From contig CBFDEM010000053.1 of NCBI GenBank assembly GCA_965603825.1, positions 806,001 to 870,000 of the forward strand: DNA of 64,000 nucleotides. Reading direction: 5' to 3'. A model generated the notes under the pieces. That model was not told where the DNA came from. It saw only the letters and a list, made by a program, of their open reading frames with translations, and made no database searches. The position numbers and the translations under genes were made by a program. The stretch comes from Blepharisma stoltei ATCC 30299 (Eukaryota; Protista; Ciliophora). Below, piece after piece: positions 1-10,282 of the stretch (its first letter is position 1; each line of letters starts with the position of its first letter).

Positions 1-600
1 ATCATCAGTTCTTTGACTGGAACCAAAGATCTTCAGATGGCTAATGTCTCGCTCAGAGTTTTATCAAGGCCAAATGTTGAAGCTTTGCCTGCTGTCTATA
101 GAACTCTTGGGAAAGATTATGACGAAAGAGTCCTTCCAAGTATTGTCAATGAAATCTTAAAATCTGTTGTGGCTCAGTTCAATGCGACTCAATTGCTAAC
201 TCAAAGAGAACAAGTATCAAGAATGATCAGACAAAACCTTATAAGCCGTGCTAATGACTTCAATATCATTGTCGATGATGTATCAATTACACATTTAACC
301 TTCGGGAAAGAATTCACTGAAGCTATTGAAGCTAAACAAGTAGCTGCTCAACAGGCAGAAATGGCGAAATATGTGGTCTTACAGGCTGAGCAAGAAAAAT
401 TGGGCATGATCATCAAGGCTGAAGGAGAAGCAAAAAGCGCACAGCTTATTGGGTCTGCAATTGTGGCAAATCCTGCTTATATTAGGCTTAAGAAGATTGA
501 GACTGCTCAAGAGATCGCAAATATACTTTCACAGTCAAGAAATAGAGTGCTGTTAAGCTCAGACTGCCTTTTAATGAATCTTAAAGATCTTTTGGACTAA
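1..600 (+). CDS. PHB2: Prohibitin (SPFH/band-7 domain), 5'-truncated by the window edge
   Basis: Open frame from base 1 (IISSLTGTKDLQM...). Prohibitin motifs DYDERVLPSIVNEILKSVVAQFNA, QLLTQREQVS and EAKQVAAQ. Ends TAA. Confidence 0.93.
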   Translation: MISSLTGTKDLQMANVSLRVLSRPNVEALPAVYRTLGKDYDERVLPSIVNEILKSVVAQFNATQLLTQREQVSRMIRQNLISRANDFNIIVDDVSITHLTFGKEFTEAIEAKQVAAQQAEMAKYVVLQAEQEKLGMIIKAEGEAKSAQLIGSAIVANPAYIRLKKIETAQEIANILSQSRNRVLLSSDCLLMNLKDLLD

Positions 601-879
601 ATTAGTTGCCCGAATTAGACTTTTAATTATAGAGTTTTATCATATAGTTGTTTTTATATAACTCGATCACGATAATTAAATAAGAGCTCAAAATTATGAG
701 AAAATTTGGTCTTATAGTTTTTGATGATGACTTTTTGTAAAATTTTTGAGCTCTTCCTTCTTTTCTAACAATTATTTTGAATTTATAGCTTGCCAATATT
801 TTTGCAATTTCTTTTGAAATTTTCAAAAAATATGGATAATTGCATATACAACTGAATTATAACCTAAAACTCTATTAAC

Positions 880-1500
880 TTAGCCTTTTACTACGAATTT
901 TCTAATTTCGTCAACATTCATTGACTGCTCTTCTTGCACCTTATTGACAGCAAAATTTGGTATTGATCCTCTAGGATCAACATTTACAACATACGTCAAT
1001 GTGCAAGAATTATCATCTAAAGGATGTATTAAGAACCCTGAGCTCTTCATTTCACCTCTCACGTGTGAGCTTTTCTCAGGACACAAAGGAGTCACTACAT
1101 TTGCGCTTGACATCAAAATGTCAGAGCCTAAAATGACTTTTCTTGAAGCATAAACAAAGTCTCTATCAGTGACAGGCCATGGAGACTTAAAGCTGTTGTA
1201 CATAATCCTGATTCCTGAAGGAAATTCTTGGATAAGTCTTACTTCTGTGCAGCCTTTATCCCATTCCCTCTTTCTTGTATAATCTCATAGGGCATCGCAC
1301 ACTATTTGTGCAGATCTTGGGATTGTGCCTGAAGATTTGACGATATTGATGCCAGACTCGGTGTAAATTTTATGACGAGTGAGGTTGTTTTTGGCTTTTA
1401 GGGTTTCCCATTGTCTTTGAGGGTTGTTTATTAAGTCTAAAAGTTCGGCTTCTGCTCTCTCAAGACCTGTTGTAGAAATGGCTTCAATTTCTGATTCCAT
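880..1500 (-). CDS. START/SRPBCC lipid-transfer domain protein (206 aa)
   Basis: ORFs 1285-1500 and 880-1203 are one frame joined by TGA at 1285-1287, reading ALWDYTRKREWDK. The paralog at 3275-3898 has ELWDYQHKTEWDD with TGG. START motifs SPWPVTDRDFV and VDPRGSIP. Confidence 0.9.
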
Positions 1501-1809
1501 TTATTATGTGACATCATAGGAAATGGGATTTTTATGGGTTTTTTAAGCTACTACTTTGAGAATGCTCCTTCTGTTTTGATTCTCTTTAAGGAAATATTTA
1601 TTTTTTATTGAAAATTTCCCAATTTTTTTTAATAATTTTCCAATATTTCAAGAAATATTTCTTAGGCTTCTTATTCATTAAGAATTTTCCAAATCTTCTG
1701 ATTATCTTTCTTTTGAAAATTAATTAGCTAATTTCCTTACGTCCTTTGCCATCCATATTTTGATGGCTTCAGTAAATTATCTTTCCACACAATGGATTCA
1801 TAATAAAAA

Positions 1810-3174
1810 ATGAAGAGAGTTTCCGTTGTAGAGAGAGCACTGGAGGATATTGGCTGGGGCAAATATCACAACTTTTTATTCCTCAACTGCTGTTGCGGCT
1901 GGCTTACAGCTCTTATGTGGCAATCTGCTGTTGCAAATGTTATGGCTGAATATCCAGACCTAAGTCTGTTTGAGTATACAATGCTGGGGATTTCTGTAAG
2001 TGCTGGGTCAGCAGCTGGGGCTGTGTTGTTTTCTAGTTTAAGTGATAGGTATGGCCGAGGCTATATCTTTAAAAAAATCATAATTCTTACTTCAATTAGT
2101 GCTCTCGCGCTGATTTTATCCGCGAACTACGTGATGGTTTTTATTTCCGTCTTTTTTGTTGGGCTGGGTACTGGAGGTGACGTTGTGTGCCCACCTCCTG
2201 TAATGATAGAAAGTACCCCACCTAGCAGAAGGGGCATAATAGCTGTCATGAATATAGGATATTGTATAGGACCTTTACTTGCCCAAATTTCATCACTTTT
2301 GCTGTCATTATACTGGGACACCTCAATAATGGCCAGATGGAGAATTTTAGCAATTTGTATATTTGTACTTACAGTTGGTTTTATGATAATGCGACAATAT
2401 ATATACGAAAGTCCAATTTTCCTATTCGGAAATGACAATGAAGAATTTCTAAAAGTCATAGGAAGGATCGCAAAAGAAAACGAAAGATTTAGCTTCGAAA
2501 CAAGAGCGCCTTTGCTTGTAAATAAACAGGCAACTTCTGATGAAAATCGTGTGAAAACGCATTTACCGTTTATCGAAATTTTCAGAGGCAGAAACTTAAA
2601 GCCTACGATATTGTTGACCTCGTCAATTAGTCTTTTTAATTTTTCTTTTAATGGGATCATGCTATTTTTGCCAGCGTTTTTACAAGTCGACAGCATGGGG
2701 TTAAGATATACCATAATTGGTATACAGCAGTTTGCAGGAATTATTGGACTTTTCGTGGCAATGAAGACTGTTGATAGCAAAATAGGTAGAAGATATACGA
2801 TGGGCGGAGGCTATTTAATAGGAGGAATCTTACTGCTTATGTTTTTGTTTTCAACTGAACTGAATTTTGTATGATATATTTAGATTATTATTTTGGCAGT
2901 GGCGTATTATTTTTTCCAAATGATGGGAGTTGCTGGGAAAAACCTGATTGGGGCTGAAAGCTTTGGGCCTCAGATTAGAGGGAAAGCCCTTGGATTTATT
3001 TATTTGGTAGCAAGAATTGCTGCTGTGCTCTCCCCTGTCGTTTCAGGGTTTTTGCTGGACATTTCTGATGGTAATAAATTGTTACCACTGGCTTCATTTG
3101 CTATTGGACTAATGCTAAGTGGAGTTACTGCATCGTTTCTTGATGAAACGAGGCCGAATTTAGTGAAGAAATAA
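1810..3174 (+). CDS. MFS transporter (SVOP/sugar-porter-like)
   Basis: MFS motif A (SLSDRYGRG) and its repeat (DSKIGRR), ES-P motifs and many hydrophobic segments. Two ORFs join in frame through TGA at 2872-2874. Confidence 0.88.
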
Positions 3175-3274
3175 TATCATTAAATTTAACTTAATAATTA
3201 TTAAAAATAAATTTTTTGTTAAAATATATTGAATTTTAAAAATATATAAAAGCATTAAAATTTCTAATATCTAG

Positions 3275-3898
3275 TTATTTATCCCCAAGCCTGGCTCTCA
3301 GCTTATGAATAAAGACCCCACGCTTCCCTGCAATCTTATTTGAAAGTGCTAGTGGAATGCTTCCTTTCAAGTCAACACTGACATAATAAGTTAATCTTGA
3401 AACATTATCTTCAACTTTTTCTAAGTGAAAGCCTGTCAAATCAACATCTGCTCGCACCATGCCACGCTTTTCTGGGATACTTTCAACAGGTACACTTGTC
3501 GACGAAATCAGTAAGTCTTCCCCTATAAAGGATCTTTTTTGCACAAAAATGAAATCTCTATTGCTAATTGGCCAGGGGCACTTAAAAATTTGATAAAGAA
3601 CTCTATAGTCTTGGTCAAAAGTTTCCACAAGAGAGCTTTCAAGGCAGATATCGTCCCATTCAGTCTTATGCTGGTAATCCCAGAGCTCATCGTGAACTCT
3701 TTGGAATGATTGATTTATCAATCCAGTAGCTTTAATTAACTGCAAGCCTGCATCTGTTAAAATTCCTTTGGTTTCAACTCCTTTGTCTACTCCAAGGTCT
3801 CGCCATTCTCGACTTGCAGTCATGAGATCTAGAACCCTTGGCTGCAGAATTTTCACAGCTTGGTTGCAAGCTCTTAATAAAGCTGATCCACCTTCCAT
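3275..3898 (-). CDS. START domain protein (paralog of 880-1500)
   Basis: CPWPISNRDFIF, VRA and VDLKGSIP motifs. Complete ATG-TAA ORF. Confidence 0.9.
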   Translation of the reverse strand: MEGGSALLRACNQAVKILQPRVLDLMTASREWRDLGVDKGVETKGILTDAGLQLIKATGLINQSFQRVHDELWDYQHKTEWDDICLESSLVETFDQDYRVLYQIFKCPWPISNRDFIFVQKRSFIGEDLLISSTSVPVESIPEKRGMVRADVDLTGFHLEKVEDNVSRLTYYVSVDLKGSIPLALSNKIAGKRGVFIHKLRARLGDK

Positions 3899-4555
3899 TA
3901 AATATAAGCAGACTAATAATTTTTAATTAAGTGCGCAGATCTCGTCAATATAAAGTAAATGGAGCGCGTGAATATTAAAACGACTATCATATATATAATA
4001 GGGAACTTAATATCAGAAGTTGGGACTATTTTGTATTATTCTTAAGTCATAACGCTGAGCACCCTACTTATGGAGGTTCACACTATGCTCTTGGTTATCT
4101 ATTCAGCCAAAACCATTGCAGTGCAATCTATAGCGCAATCTTCATATTATGTAAAGAAAAAAATTATAATTTTTTCATTTTATAGGTTAGTTATAAGTAG
4201 CTCTTGATAACTTATTTCAGAACTTCATAATTATAAAATCTAAGATCTATGCATAAAAGCTATTCTGGATGGGAAATTAAGCCTCAAATAAAATCCTTTA
4301 AAATCCAAACTTTTTTTAAAATATTTTTTTAAAGTCATGCCCAATTAATATCAAACCAAAAAAGCGTTGACATTAAGTGAGAAAAAGAGAAAGAACAGTC
4401 AAAAGTCTTCTCAATCTTTCAAAAGCACTTTATAACCAGATTCACTTCCTTAATCTGCAAAAATTCGCGATAAGCTTTCTATCCATACTACTAATCTATA
4501 TAAATATCCAAAATCTTTATTTCATCTTTTTATAAATAATCCTAATAAATTTATC

Positions 4556-6427
4556 TTAACGCTTAACCCAAGGATAAGACTTTCTTGCCTTATAATGACT
4601 CGTCTTCTTCTGCTCCACATTTCTAATATCTTGCTTCAGCAGTCCAAACTTCCTCAAAAATGGTTTTAACGCAGGATATTGTTTTCCAACAGCATGTGCA
4701 ATTGCCAACATTGCTGCATCACTTTTTCCCATAATTCCGCCACCTCTAACAAATACCTTTGCATCAAGTTCACACATAGTGTCAGTCACTTTAAAAGGTC
4801 TTACAAGCCTATCTCTGCTGACCATATCATAAAAGTACTCAGTCATATTCATTCCATTTACAGTAATTCTGCCAGTCCCTGGAACTACATAGCAATGTGC
4901 AAAAGCTTTTTTCCTTTTCCCGGTAGCATAAGATCTGCCTTTACTATCTGCTATAGGATCATTATCCCTTATATCTTCTTTAGGCCTAAAAACTTCAGCG
5001 ATCATATATTCCCATGGCAGCACTGCTTTAACTCTTGCAGGCCTATATTTTTCACCGCCTACTTGATTCAGTCCTACAAATAATTCTCCCCAATAGGTAA
5101 TTTGATTGTCCAAAAAGTGGTCAAAAAATCCATCAGTCTTTACCATAGCGTGGATTCTTGCAGCCACTTTATTTTTCGGTTTCGGCTCGAAATTTATTTT
5201 TGCCATTGATTCATGTCCTAGATCTGACCATTCTACTGCTAACTTTGGATCTAATCTTGGGTTCATTTCTCCATAATAAGCTTGTGGGATAACAGAGTCT
5301 TCAATTTTATCTGTGAATCCCCAGTCAAAATCTTCTTGGGTGTGGTCTTTGTGCATATATCGAGGGACAAAGTGCTCGTTGCCTTCATAATTGTCTCTCT
5401 GCAGCTGGTATTCCAGGTCTGGGTGATTCAAGGAAATTTTTTCTTCTGATGTCTGCATAAGCTGCTTAAAAGAAGGGACTCTTGGCTTGACTTCGCTTTC
5501 TTGAAGCTTATAGTCTTTGGCTTGGATCCTCCCTTTGACGTCAAATAGCTTAAATGGGGATTTTTGGCCATCAAATTTTTCTCTGAAGACATCAATGTGG
5601 GTTCTAGAATATGTGTGGCGCTGGAGCTTTAGCTTGAGCTGGCGGAACTCTGCTCTGAGCCATTGAGGGATTAAATGGGTTCCTGGGTGGTAGATGATAG
5701 CAGTGTGTTCCCAATCACTATCATCTGGACTATTTGCGATCGGTTCAGGTGTCATACCAGTTTCTTCGAAGATCTTTTCGTTTCTTAATAGTTGTTTTCT
5801 TCTGTTGGCAGCTTCTTTTTTATCCTCAATATCAGACCAATCTTCTGAGAAATACCCAATAGGCTCTGGGTGCTGTTTGCTTTCTGGAAAATCTTCATAT
5901 TCGATTCCATGATATGGAGACTTTCCTTTGTTTGATTCCTTAAATATCTTGGTGTGGATTCTGCCTTTTTCTGAATTGATATCTGCTTTTGGAATAGTTG
6001 AGTACAGACTTTTTAAATCATTGAACCCTAATTTGCTGAGGGCTGACCTAACATTGGCGCCTCCAGTGTCTTGCTGATGCTCTTTTGCGTCTATTAAATC
6101 ATTAGTCCAGCCGAAAGATTTCATGCTGTCTTCTATATCTTTTCTATGCACTTCAGGGCTTGAAATCCGATCAATTTGAGATACATTATGGAAATTCCAT
6201 TCTTTTTCTTTAATTCCTAAGTATGTTTTAACGCTGTTCTTGAATTTGTCATTTTTAAGTGTGTTCCACATACGCCTGTTGCCTTGAACTAAGAGCTGTT
6301 TGGCATTTCTAAAGTTTTGAAACTTCGTCATGTCGTTATGAGGGTAAATTACAGTGTTCTTTGTAAAGTTTCGATATTCGCTGAAATTTCGTGACAAACC
6401 CATATGCTTATGTCTAAGCATTGCCAT
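4556..6427 (-). CDS. MRPS9: Mitochondrial ribosomal protein uS9m with a long N-terminal extension
   Basis: C-terminal S9 domain: ATGKRKKAFA, GTGRITVNG, VRGGGIMGKSDA, LAIAHA and KARKSYPWVKR. Basic presequence-like N-terminus. Confidence 0.88.
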   Translation of the reverse strand: MAMLRHKHMGLSRNFSEYRNFTKNTVIYPHNDMTKFQNFRNAKQLLVQGNRRMWNTLKNDKFKNSVKTYLGIKEKEWNFHNVSQIDRISSPEVHRKDIEDSMKSFGWTNDLIDAKEHQQDTGGANVRSALSKLGFNDLKSLYSTIPKADINSEKGRIHTKIFKESNKGKSPYHGIEYEDFPESKQHPEPIGYFSEDWSDIEDKKEAANRRKQLLRNEKIFEETGMTPEPIANSPDDSDWEHTAIIYHPGTHLIPQWLRAEFRQLKLKLQRHTYSRTHIDVFREKFDGQKSPFKLFDVKGRIQAKDYKLQESEVKPRVPSFKQLMQTSEEKISLNHPDLEYQLQRDNYEGNEHFVPRYMHKDHTQEDFDWGFTDKIEDSVIPQAYYGEMNPRLDPKLAVEWSDLGHESMAKINFEPKPKNKVAARIHAMVKTDGFFDHFLDNQITYWGELFVGLNQVGGEKYRPARVKAVLPWEYMIAEVFRPKEDIRDNDPIADSKGRSYATGKRKKAFAHCYVVPGTGRITVNGMNMTEYFYDMVSRDRLVRPFKVTDTMCELDAKVFVRGGGIMGKSDAAMLAIAHAVGKQYPALKPFLRKFGLLKQDIRNVEQKKTSHYKARKSYPWVKR

Positions 6428-6444
6428 TTATTAAAGCTTAAAAA

Positions 6445-9096
6445 TTATTTATCATGCAATATACGATAGCCAGGCCAATCTTTTGGTGCATTATAATCGT
6501 ATTCTTTCATAAATTCAAGTATCACTTCAGTAGGGCCATCCTTGCCATTTTTATGAGCCAGAGCTTTTGCGAACCCAATTTGAGCTTCCAGCCAATTTCC
6601 TTTTAAGTAGTCTTCAAGGGCTAACGAAAATAAATGCTGGAAATTCTTGGAAATTGTTTTTTTCATATTCCTAAGATCTTTATCGTCCAAAAATAGCCTA
6701 TGCGCCCTATAGTTTTTATTCTTTATAGCGTCATTAAGCTTTTCCCTCTTTAGATATGCATACGCTCTTGCCTGTTTTAAGTCAGCAAACTCATCGTCAG
6801 CCTCAGTAGACAATTCAAGTCCTGCTAAGTCTAGGTCTACTGTATAAAGCTCAATTGGGACTTTACTGCCTTTGACTGTCACTTTGTCAATTTTTCTGAA
6901 ATTTTTCCTGGCTTGGTGAGAACAAATTTTATATAAAGCGTCGCTTATTAAAATATGGACACCAAATTGCCTGGTTGCAGCTTCTAATCTGGATGCCATA
7001 TTCACATTTGGCGACAAATAAGAAGCATCAATTTTAAACTCACTGCCAATGGCTCCTTCAATTGCCCATCCTTGATGAAGACCGAATCCCATTTTTATAG
7101 AGAATCCTGGCAGTTTAGCAATTAATTCAGGATGATTTTGATATGCAAGGGTTTTTGGACTTTTATTTATGGCTGCAATTGTTTTTAAATAAGCAATTAC
7201 AGATAAATCAGCCAAATCATTGGTATGGTGATTGTCAATCAGCCTCACTTCCCCAGTCAAAAAATCTTCTAAGACCGACTCTCTTCCAAATTTTCAAACA
7301 ATTAAAAATGCTTCACCTATATTTTTATTGGCTGACCCAGAATAATAATTCACTGTGGAATGTACTATTTTGGCAATTTCATTGACAAAAATCATGACAT
7401 CTTTCTGTAAGACCTCAGTTACGTCAGAAAACTGACGAATGTCACAAAAGCCAAAGATGCAGAACCGTTTTTTACCTGGAATTAATGGATCGACCTCTCC
7501 ACCACTTCTATTTACATTTTTTGCGATAACTTCGGAGCCTGCTTCTCCGAAGCCTAAAGCAAGTAAAGCGCCGATTTTAACAAGAGTTTCTTCTAAAACT
7601 TTGGTTTCCAGAGGAGCATTTTTGTCTTTTTTTTGTTTAAGCAAGGCACTTTGAGTTAGTGCCATATTTCTGGTGACTTCTTCGATTTCCTGCTCTTGTG
7701 CAGCTTTTACAGGGTTTTCCGAAATTTTCGAAACCTTATAAATCATTGACTCTAGTGGCCCTATAATCAAATCCTGCGTATCTTTAGAAAATAAAAGCGA
7801 AAACAGCGTCAGCACAAAACAAACAAATAAAGTGAGCCCAATATCTAAAGCTGACTGTTTTTTCGTTTTTCATCTCAAATCAAACATAGAAGCTGCATTA
7901 TAGGTGGTATTTAAATAGTCTTTTGTGGTCGCATAGACCCCTAGTTCATCTGGTCTTAAATCACTTGGATTTGTGTCTGAGCTTCAGTCATAGTACAGAT
8001 CGACATGCACATAAATAATTGGTGTGTCAATATCTTTATGCTCTTTTATGAAATAATCTCCAGCTCTATTAAGAGCTGCTTGGTCTGGAATTTCTTCCAA
8101 CATGGCATTTAGTCCATAACTATAGGAAACATTTGTATCATAATATAGTGTGCTATCAAATAATGGTAAAAATATCACCATTACTAATGATATTGAAATT
8201 ACTCTTTTTGTAGTCAAATCTGACAGTTTTTTACCCACCCTGCTCTCTTTTGGGACATCAAGTGCCTTGTCTTTTAGGGTGGATTTTAGGGCTAATGAAG
8301 ATTTTCTTGTGCTTCTTCGCTTAGAGCTGGTAGCACCATCTGACATAGAAAAATTCTGAGACATAGAATTTAGCTCTGATTCTTCGTTTATGCCAAGATC
8401 TGATTCAATTACTTCTACTTCTCCAATTGGATCTTCATTTCCTCGATACGCAACTCTAGCCCTTTTTAGCAGAATTTCATCCTTTTTTAACAGTTTTTCT
8501 TTAGCTGCCTGCGACAATTTATACAGCTTTGTAATTCTAACCAGCCTAATAACCCTAACAAGCCTCACAATTCTTGCTGCTCTTGTACCAGCCCTTGAAG
8601 CTCTACTTGCTTTAGTAAAATGACTTGATTTGCTTGACGCTTTATTTGTTGAATCTTGCCCTGTCATTTCGTCCCATGCCCAGCCAATATCAGTGATTAA
8701 AGATATGGTCGAAATAACGTCAAGCCAAAAGAAAAAAGACAGTCAATACCCTTCTTTTACAAAAGACGCTACAATAATTTCTATTGAAAAAAAACCCATA
8801 CAAATGATAGTCAAAATGTAAAAAACCTCGTCTGTATCTTTTGATGTGAGAATGGTCCGAAAACTGTCGCCGAATAATGCATAGATTGTTAAAACCATCA
8901 TAAAAACAGTTGTACACCAATGATCTAAAATAAATAAAGCTTTCTTTTTTAGGGCTATAACTTTAGATTGTTGCTCAGGCGGCTTATCTTCTTCTGGATT
9001 TATTGTAGGATTAATTGTAGGCTGCACTCCATCTTCATATGAATTCAGGGCTTTAAAATCGAGACTTGTACGTCGAGTTGAATCTATTGATACCAT
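6445..9096 (-). CDS. Adenylyl cyclase with N-terminal voltage-sensor/ion-channel-like TM region (alveolate AC-alpha type), 883 aa
   Basis: Single frame through TGA at 8743, 7984, 7870 and 7294. S4-like RAARIVRLVRVIRLVRITKLYK. Class III cyclase motifs FGFCDIRQF, GFGLHQGWAIEGAIGS and YLSPNVNMASRLE. ATG at 9096. Confidence 0.92.
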
Positions 9097-9454
9097 TTTT
9101 GCATATATTTTTAAGGTTTTAAAGGTTTTCACTCAGAATTAGAGAAAAGCTGGGCGTGATAATAAAAAGAGATATTAAGATCTTTTAATAGATAAAAATG
9201 CAACTGCCAATGGAAGATTTTTTAAATAAAATAGGAATTTAGAATAATAAATTTATTATGGCTAAAAAAATAAATCATAAGGGTCGAATTAAATGTTCGA
9301 AAAATAAAATTTATTTGGAATCAGACTTGCGTTTTGTATAAAATTTGAATAATCATACAGATTCAAATTTTTATTCATTTTTGGTAATTTTTGTAATGCA
9401 AAAATTATTATGCCTTTTTTAATATGTTCAGTAATATCATAATAAAATTTCAAA

Positions 9455-9823
9455 ATGGAACTAAATTTATGCAGAATTTGTCAACAGTTTTATGGAAGCC
9501 AGGAAGGACTCTGCTCAAAATGCTATCAAGTAGAAAAACTAAAACAGTCAGCTAGTGAAACTTTGCCGTCACTGGTGGATTCATTGTCAGTGATCTCTGA
9601 AGAATCCAAAAATTCGCATTCACAGTCAAATCCTGAAATCTGTTATTATTGCCACAAAAGGACTGGACCTTTATCATTCAAATGCCGATGCGATAACTTT
9701 TTCTGCTCAAGGCACCGGCTTCCTGAAGAGCATTTATGTTCTTTTGACCATAAGACTCAAGGTATCAGAAAGCTCTCTGAAGAAAATCCACTCATAAAAG
9801 CTGAAAAATTTACTCGACTATAA
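9455..9823 (+). CDS. A20/AN1 zinc-finger protein (ZFAND5/SAP-like)
   Basis: N-terminal A20 finger (CRICQQFYGSQEGLCSKCY) and C-terminal AN1 finger (CYYC...CRCDNFFCSRHRLPEEHLCSFDHK). Confidence 0.9.
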   Translation: MELNLCRICQQFYGSQEGLCSKCYQVEKLKQSASETLPSLVDSLSVISEESKNSHSQSNPEICYYCHKRTGPLSFKCRCDNFFCSRHRLPEEHLCSFDHKTQGIRKLSEENPLIKAEKFTRL

Positions 9824-10282
9824 AGATCTATTAAATAAGGCTTGAAGCTATATAAATATTTATATGTAAATAAGCTTTTTTGCTAATCTGGAGAATATTT
9901 TCTTAAATTGAAAATCTAATAGCCTTGTTGCTATGGATTTTAAAGCTAATAAGGAAATATGTGATAAGAAAATATTTAAGGTCAAAAATTAGTTGCATTA
10001 TAAGTATAAATAATTTGTTAGCTTTAAATAAAATTAATTATTATTTGTCCAGCATTTTTAAAAATGATTTTTTATAATTAATTTGCTTTAGCATTAATAT
10101 TGATCCCAGAATATTTAACAGTGGCAAGAGGCTAAAAGTTAATATTTAATAAATAATTTTAGATAAATATAGCCTATAGCATTGATGTTCTCCACTATAT
10201 TTGCTATTAATGCAGTTCTCAATGTCAGTATATTTTCCAAAGTCTAATTTTCACGATAATTGACCCTCTTCTTTATATTAAT

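Noticed and set aside
2127-2780. Long antisense ORFs (also 20364-20948, 41908-42582, 49282-49794, 62241-62765 and others)
   Set aside because: They are shadows of well-supported genes on the opposite strand and show no protein motifs.
3950-4200. Slightly GC-richer stretch that might be an ncRNA or small gene
   Set aside because: I found no convincing ORF, snoRNA box pair or stem structure by eye.
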